Assembly (NCBI GenBank): GCA_049969675.1
Contig: JBMFOP010000022.1
Location: 1-34,024 of the forward strand
Length of the DNA stretch: 34,024 nucleotides
Source: Myxococcota bacterium
Lineage (GTDB): Bacteria > Myxococcota > SpSt-1050
Direction of reading: 5' to 3'
Shown: positions 28,962-34,024 of the stretch, in pieces
Layout of the letters: every line of letters begins with the position of its first letter
How positions within the stretch are numbered: the first letter of the stretch is position 1
Position numbers and translations under genes: made by a program
Notes under the pieces: model-generated
Told to the model about the DNA's origin: nothing
The model's database searches: none
The model's input: the letters and a program-made list of their open reading frames with translations, nothing else

Positions 28962-30074
28962 ATGATTGACAGTAATCTTTTAACTGAAATATTGGTTATT
29001 AAGAGGCTCAGGAAGAAGGGTCTTGGAGAGAGGTCGCTTTTTAATCTCCTGATGAACTTCAAAAATAGTGGGTATTCAACCCTTTACTCCTATCTATCTG
29101 ATTTCAGGCTGGATTATGGCTTTACCGATGATGAGATCCAGAAGTTACTTAAAGTCTCTGTTGAGTACAATGAGGCAAAGCAGGTCATTTCAATATGCAA
29201 TGAGATAGATGTGAGGATTGCAACCTGTCTGGATGAGGATTATCCTCTGGTACTTAAGAATAACAGGACACTTCCTGTTTTCTTCTTAAGAGGGGATATA
29301 AATCTACTTAACGGCAGAAATATAGCTATTGTCGGGACGAGGAGCCCTACCTCTTATGGGGTAAGTGTCACAGAGAATATTGTAAGGACAATAGGCTCTT
29401 CTGCCAATATTGTAAGTGGCGGTGCGCTTGGGATAGATTCGGTTGCCCATTATTCTGCCTTAAAATATGGTATTAAGACTATTGTCTTTTTAGGAACTTC
29501 AATAGATAAACCTTATCCATCCAGTAATATCCCGCTTTTTAACCAGATAATTGAGAAGGGCGGATTGGTCATCTCTGCCCATGGCCCGATGGAGGAGACC
29601 AATGAATTTACTTTTGTAAAGAGGAATCAATATATCGCCGAGGTCTGTTCTGCTGTTGTTGTAGTAGAAGGTGGGGAGAAGAGCGGGGCAAGACTCACTG
29701 CGGAGTATGCATTTGAGAAGAAAATCACGGTCTTTGCCCTCCCCGGACCAATCACATCAGAAAAATCTTACTGCCCAAATTATCTAATATCAATGGGTGC
29801 AAAGATTTTATATTCTGAGAGAGTTATTTCCGAATTTATGGGAGTAGGCGGTGGCTCTCAACTCCCCAATATTAGACCACCTGAATATGAATTGAGTGAA
29901 GAGGAGAGTAAGGTAATATCCTGCCTCTCTCAAAAGAATGAGATGCATATAGATGAGATTTCAGTTAGATTGGAGAAGGGGGCAGGTGAATTAAATGAGC
30001 TCCTTTTGAGGATGGAGCTCAAAGGTATAATAGAGCAACTACCCGGAAAATTTTATAAAAAGAGGAGTTATTGA
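28962..30074 (+). CDS. dprA: DNA-processing protein DprA
   Basis: AIVGTR, VSGGALGID..AH, F..RN, SGA..TA, PG motifs, C-terminal wHTH LELKG; start uncertain (28914 lies inside a TTGACA promoter-like element at 28907). Confidence 0.93.
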   Translation: MIDSNLLTEILVIKRLRKKGLGERSLFNLLMNFKNSGYSTLYSYLSDFRLDYGFTDDEIQKLLKVSVEYNEAKQVISICNEIDVRIATCLDEDYPLVLKNNRTLPVFFLRGDINLLNGRNIAIVGTRSPTSYGVSVTENIVRTIGSSANIVSGGALGIDSVAHYSALKYGIKTIVFLGTSIDKPYPSSNIPLFNQIIEKGGLVISAHGPMEETNEFTFVKRNQYIAEVCSAVVVVEGGEKSGARLTAEYAFEKKITVFALPGPITSEKSYCPNYLISMGAKILYSERVISEFMGVGGGSQLPNIRPPEYELSEEESKVISCLSQKNEMHIDEISVRLEKGAGELNELLLRMELKGIIEQLPGKFYKKRSY

Positions 30075-30076
30075 AT

Positions 30077-32353
30077 ATGGCAAATCTTCTGATTGTGGAA
30101 TCCCCGTCAAAGGCAAAGACACTCAGCAAATATCTCGGCAGAGATTTTAATGTAATTGCCTCACAGGGTCATATAAAGGATCTCCCGACGGGTGACCTTG
30201 GAGTTGATATAGAGAAAGATTTCAAACCCTCTTATTATGTCATTAAAGGAAAGGGGAAGATCATAGAAAAGATGAGGGAACTCGCAAAGAAGGCAGATAA
30301 GATATATCTGGGCCCAGACCCTGACCGTGAAGGAGAGGCTATAGCGGTGCATATATCAGAGGAGCTTAAGGTTCCGGATGAGAAAATCTTCAGAGTGCTC
30401 TTTAATGAAATTACAAAAAATGCGGTAAATAGAAGCATAAGAAATCCTGCAAAGATTGATATTAAGAAGTATCAATCTCAGCAGGCAAGGAGGATATTGG
30501 ACAGGTTGGTTGGATATCTCATCTCACCAATTCTGTGGAGAAAGGTGATGCCCGGACTCTCTGCTGGTAGAGTTCAATCTGTGGCAGTAAAACTTGTGGT
30601 TGATAGAGAAGATGAGATAAGAAAGTTTGAGAGGAAGAAATATTATGAATTGGATGGGATATTTTCAAAGGAATCTATAAATAAATTTAAGGCACGGCTT
30701 GTTTCCATAGGGAATAGTAAGGTCCAGATAGATAACGAGAAAGACGCACAAAATACAAAGAATCATATTAAGCAACTCTCGTATTTTAAGGTCTCAACTG
30801 TAAATGATACTGAGAGGAAGAAGAATCCACCTCCGCCTTTCATTACGAGTAAACTCCAGCAGGCGGCATTCAATGCCTATGGATTTACAGCCAGGAAGAC
30901 TATGTTACTCGCTCAGGAGTTATATGAAGGGATGGATATTGGTGGTGGAAGACTTGAAGGTCTTATCACATATATGAGGACAGACTCTGTAAGGGTATCA
31001 GATGAGGCAATAAATTCTGTGAGGGAGTTTATATCAGAGAGGTGGGGTAAGAAGTATCTTCCAGAGAAGCCAAATATTTATAGTACAAAGGGACGTTCAC
31101 AGGATGCACATGAGGCGATCAGACCTACTCATATAGAATATGCCCCTGATTCTTTAAGAGATATACTACCTCGTGACCATTTTAAACTTTATGAATTGAT
31201 ATGGAAGAGGTTTGTGGCGTCGCAGATGAATCCCGCGGTCTATGCACAGCGAATAGTTATTATTGAATCTGGTGCATACGAATTTAGAACAGTCGGTTCA
31301 AAACTCTTATTTGATGGCTTTTTAAGGCTCTATAATCAGATTGAGGAGAATAATAGTTCTAAGGATGATCTGGAGAGTGGTGAGGAACTACCAGAATTAA
31401 GGAGTGGCGACCTTTTGAATCTTCTTGATATTGAGATTACGGAGAGAGAGACTCAGCCCCCTGCGAGATATACAGAGGCATCCCTGATTAAAGAACTTGA
31501 GGAGCGGGGTATAGGAAGACCCTCAACTTATGCAGCTATCATTTCAAATATACAGGATAGGAAGTATGTAGAGAAACAGAATAATAAATTTGTCCCGACC
31601 GAACTTGGCTTTATGGTTACAAAGCTGCTTGAGAGGGCATTCCCTGATATAATGAATCCAGAGTTTACAGCTGATATGGAGGATAAGTTAGACAGGATTG
31701 AGGAGGGGGATGTTGACTATATTGATATGCTAAAGAAATTTTATAACTCATTTGAGGGTATGTTGAGAAATGCAATAAAGAACTTCAATACATATAGAGA
31801 TGAACTCTCCACAACGGATATCAGATGTGATAAGTGTGGCTCTTTAATGAGCGTAAAGGTGAATAAATATGGCTCATATCTTGCCTGTAACAACTATCCA
31901 AAATGCAAGAATACAAAGGCGTTTTACAGAGATGAAAAAGGGAATGTGGTAATAAGCAATGACAGGATCCTTGAGGGGAGGAGATGTCCTCTGTGTGGTT
32001 CGGAACTGGTCATTAAAGATGGTAGATTTGGTGAATTTATCTCCTGTATTAGATATCCAGAGTGTAAATATACAGAAGCCTTAAAGACAGGTATAAAGTG
32101 CCCTGATAATTGCGGTGGTGAGCTTATTAAGAGGAAGAATTCAAGAGGGAAGGTCTTTTATGGATGCAGCAACTATCCGAAATGCAAATTTATCAGTTCT
32201 TACCCGATCATCTTTCAGAATTGCCCGAGATGTGGTGCTCATTATATGTTTGATAAGGAGACAAAAAAGGGTGGACATTATCTTGAATGTTCAAATAAAA
32301 AGTGCAGGTATAAGATAAAGGTTGAAAGAGAAGCCTCTTCAAATGAGAAGTAA
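30077..32353 (+). CDS. topA: DNA topoisomerase I
   Basis: IVESPSKAK, DPDREGE, SAGRVQS, LITYMRTD, GIGRPSTY, C-terminal C4 zinc ribbons. Confidence 0.98.
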   Translation: MANLLIVESPSKAKTLSKYLGRDFNVIASQGHIKDLPTGDLGVDIEKDFKPSYYVIKGKGKIIEKMRELAKKADKIYLGPDPDREGEAIAVHISEELKVPDEKIFRVLFNEITKNAVNRSIRNPAKIDIKKYQSQQARRILDRLVGYLISPILWRKVMPGLSAGRVQSVAVKLVVDREDEIRKFERKKYYELDGIFSKESINKFKARLVSIGNSKVQIDNEKDAQNTKNHIKQLSYFKVSTVNDTERKKNPPPPFITSKLQQAAFNAYGFTARKTMLLAQELYEGMDIGGGRLEGLITYMRTDSVRVSDEAINSVREFISERWGKKYLPEKPNIYSTKGRSQDAHEAIRPTHIEYAPDSLRDILPRDHFKLYELIWKRFVASQMNPAVYAQRIVIIESGAYEFRTVGSKLLFDGFLRLYNQIEENNSSKDDLESGEELPELRSGDLLNLLDIEITERETQPPARYTEASLIKELEERGIGRPSTYAAIISNIQDRKYVEKQNNKFVPTELGFMVTKLLERAFPDIMNPEFTADMEDKLDRIEEGDVDYIDMLKKFYNSFEGMLRNAIKNFNTYRDELSTTDIRCDKCGSLMSVKVNKYGSYLACNNYPKCKNTKAFYRDEKGNVVISNDRILEGRRCPLCGSELVIKDGRFGEFISCIRYPECKYTEALKTGIKCPDNCGGELIKRKNSRGKVFYGCSNYPKCKFISSYPIIFQNCPRCGAHYMFDKETKKGGHYLECSNKKCRYKIKVEREASSNEK

Positions 32354-33674
32354 AGAGCGTGTTGCAATAATTGGCGGTGGGCTTTCGGGTTCAGAGTGTG
32401 CAAATATACTCTCAAGATCTGGGGTTGGGGTTGATATATATGAAATGAAGCCCATAAGATTCTCGGAGGCACATAAGTCTGAATTGCTGGCGGAACTCGT
32501 CTGTAGTAATTCCCTCAAATCAAATGATATCTATAATCCTCAGGGCCTCTTAAAAGAGGAGATGAGGAGATTTGGCTCATTGATTATTGAGGCGGCAGAT
32601 AGGAATTCTATTCCCGCAGGACAGTCATTAAGTGTGGATAGAGAACTCTTCTCCAGATATATAACAGAACGACTATCAAGACAAAAGAACATACAGATTA
32701 TAAGGAAAGAGGTCCTAAATCCTTTAGATCTTCTCAGGATTTATCCAGCGATTGTTGTGGCATCAGGCCCGCTTACATCTGATTTTCTCGCTATGAATCT
32801 GAAGAGAATGGCTGGTGGTGATGAGTTTCTTTACTTCTATGATGCAATCTCTCCTATAGTTACTGCTGATTCAATTGATATGGGAAAGGCATTTCTGGGT
32901 TCAAGATACAATAAAGGGGGAGATGACTATATTAATTGTCCGCTAAATAAAGAGGAATACAGAGTATTTTATGATGCGATTATCAATGCCGAATATGTAA
33001 AATCGCATATTGATGAGAGCCTGAAGTTTTTTGAGGGATGTCTGCCATTAGAGGAGATTGCAAAGAGGGGGTTTGATTCTCTTACATTTGGTCCATTTAA
33101 ACCGGTAGGATTTGGATTTGAGAAGAGTGATATGCCGTACGCGGTGGTGCAGTTAAGGGCTGAAAATAGAGAGAAGACGCTTTATTCAATGGTGGCTTTT
33201 CAGACACGTATGAAATATGGTTCACAGGAGAAGGTGATAAAACTTATTCCAGCCCTTAAAAAATGTGAGATAGTCAGATATGGACAGATGCATAGAAATA
33301 TATATATGAACTCACCTCTCGTGTTAAATAAATCAATTGCATTAAAGAATTATGAAAATATTTTTATTACAGGAACTTTATCTGGCGTGGAGGGATATAT
33401 AGAGGCAGCGGCATCCGGGATCATTACGGCTTTATCTGTTTATTCATACTTAAATGGGATTAATTTTGTACCTCCGCCAGATATGACTGCGATGGGACTT
33501 CTGTATAGATATATCACCGGGGAGGTCTCTATTGGTAGGAGATTTGTTCCAACGAATATCAATAAAGGACTCTTTCTACACAAAGGGTTGAAAAGATATT
33601 CAGATAAGATAGTAGATGAGGCAATAAGACTGATAGATGAATATTTGAATATTGTTCCGATAGTAAGGGTCTAA
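32343..33674 (+). CDS. trmFO: folate/FAD-dependent tRNA m5U54 methyltransferase TrmFO
   Basis: GGGLSGSE, AELVCSNS, FYDAISP, FEGCLP, RYGQMHRN, GVEGY motifs; start placed at ATG 32343. Confidence 0.96.
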   Translation: MRSKERVAIIGGGLSGSECANILSRSGVGVDIYEMKPIRFSEAHKSELLAELVCSNSLKSNDIYNPQGLLKEEMRRFGSLIIEAADRNSIPAGQSLSVDRELFSRYITERLSRQKNIQIIRKEVLNPLDLLRIYPAIVVASGPLTSDFLAMNLKRMAGGDEFLYFYDAISPIVTADSIDMGKAFLGSRYNKGGDDYINCPLNKEEYRVFYDAIINAEYVKSHIDESLKFFEGCLPLEEIAKRGFDSLTFGPFKPVGFGFEKSDMPYAVVQLRAENREKTLYSMVAFQTRMKYGSQEKVIKLIPALKKCEIVRYGQMHRNIYMNSPLVLNKSIALKNYENIFITGTLSGVEGYIEAAASGIITALSVYSYLNGINFVPPPDMTAMGLLYRYITGEVSIGRRFVPTNINKGLFLHKGLKRYSDKIVDEAIRLIDEYLNIVPIVRV

Positions 33675-34024
33675 AGCCATAAACAAGCCAATGTCTTGAG
33701 AATCAGAGTAAGATGATTGACAGAAAGATAAAATTTTTACAATTTGATTTTAGAGTCAATATCATCCACCCCATTAACGAATATTGCATTCTGTAGAGTG
33801 GTGAATAATTATTGTTTATCTCTTCTTTGTGAATCCTTTTACAAATTTGTTTATTACATAACCTGTTGGCGCCTTTTCTTGTTGAAGTTTAAAGAATTTG
33901 CCAATGTATTAAGATAAAGCCATAAAGTCTTAACAGGTGGATTTTTTTATCTAAAAAATAATTTAGATTAGGTTTTACCATTAACCAGATTGTAGAAGTG
34001 GTGAAATTCTTTGACTTTGCATTG

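Noticed and set aside
33880..34024. Possible 3' end of a minus-strand gene at the right edge
   Set aside because: Open stretches are short (45 codons or fewer) with no recognisable motif.

Overview
AT-rich bacterial chromosomal segment. Its gene families point to a deltaproteobacterial/Myxococcota-like organism: TIGR02266-like PilZ, a choice-of-anchor-D lipoprotein, a DAG-rich linker with a GCGC tail, and DivIVA. The left end (1-2920) is a tightly coupled, mostly uncharacterised operon: a partial CFI-box-CTERM-like protein, a Ycf46-like AAA+ ATPase, two helical proteins (one with a hydrophobic/amphipathic tail) and a 70-aa four-Cys protein. Next comes a probably leaderless, autoregulated GntR - membrane metallophosphoesterase - radical SAM operon, then an Ig-repeat lipoprotein / tRNA-Arg(CCG) / PilZ / choice-of-anchor-D / nadA run. 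After that are a UDP-HexNAc dehydrogenase, a probable IS3-family left-end relic, an orphan gene, and a secreted purple-acid-phosphatase-like enzyme with a lipoprotein. The rest is largely core genes: yggS-divIVA-yggU-pilZ-REC, rpsA-sppA-HIT-purA, prkA-yeaH-spoVR and dprA-topA-trmFO. The best novelty candidates are (i) a two-hairpin rpsA leader whose 6-nt loops (CCGCCC / GGGCGG) are perfectly complementary, a possible kissing-loop r-leader, and (ii) the CFI-box/AAA+ operon. No CRISPR array, rRNA or intact mobile element was seen. All family calls come from motif recognition; no searches were run.
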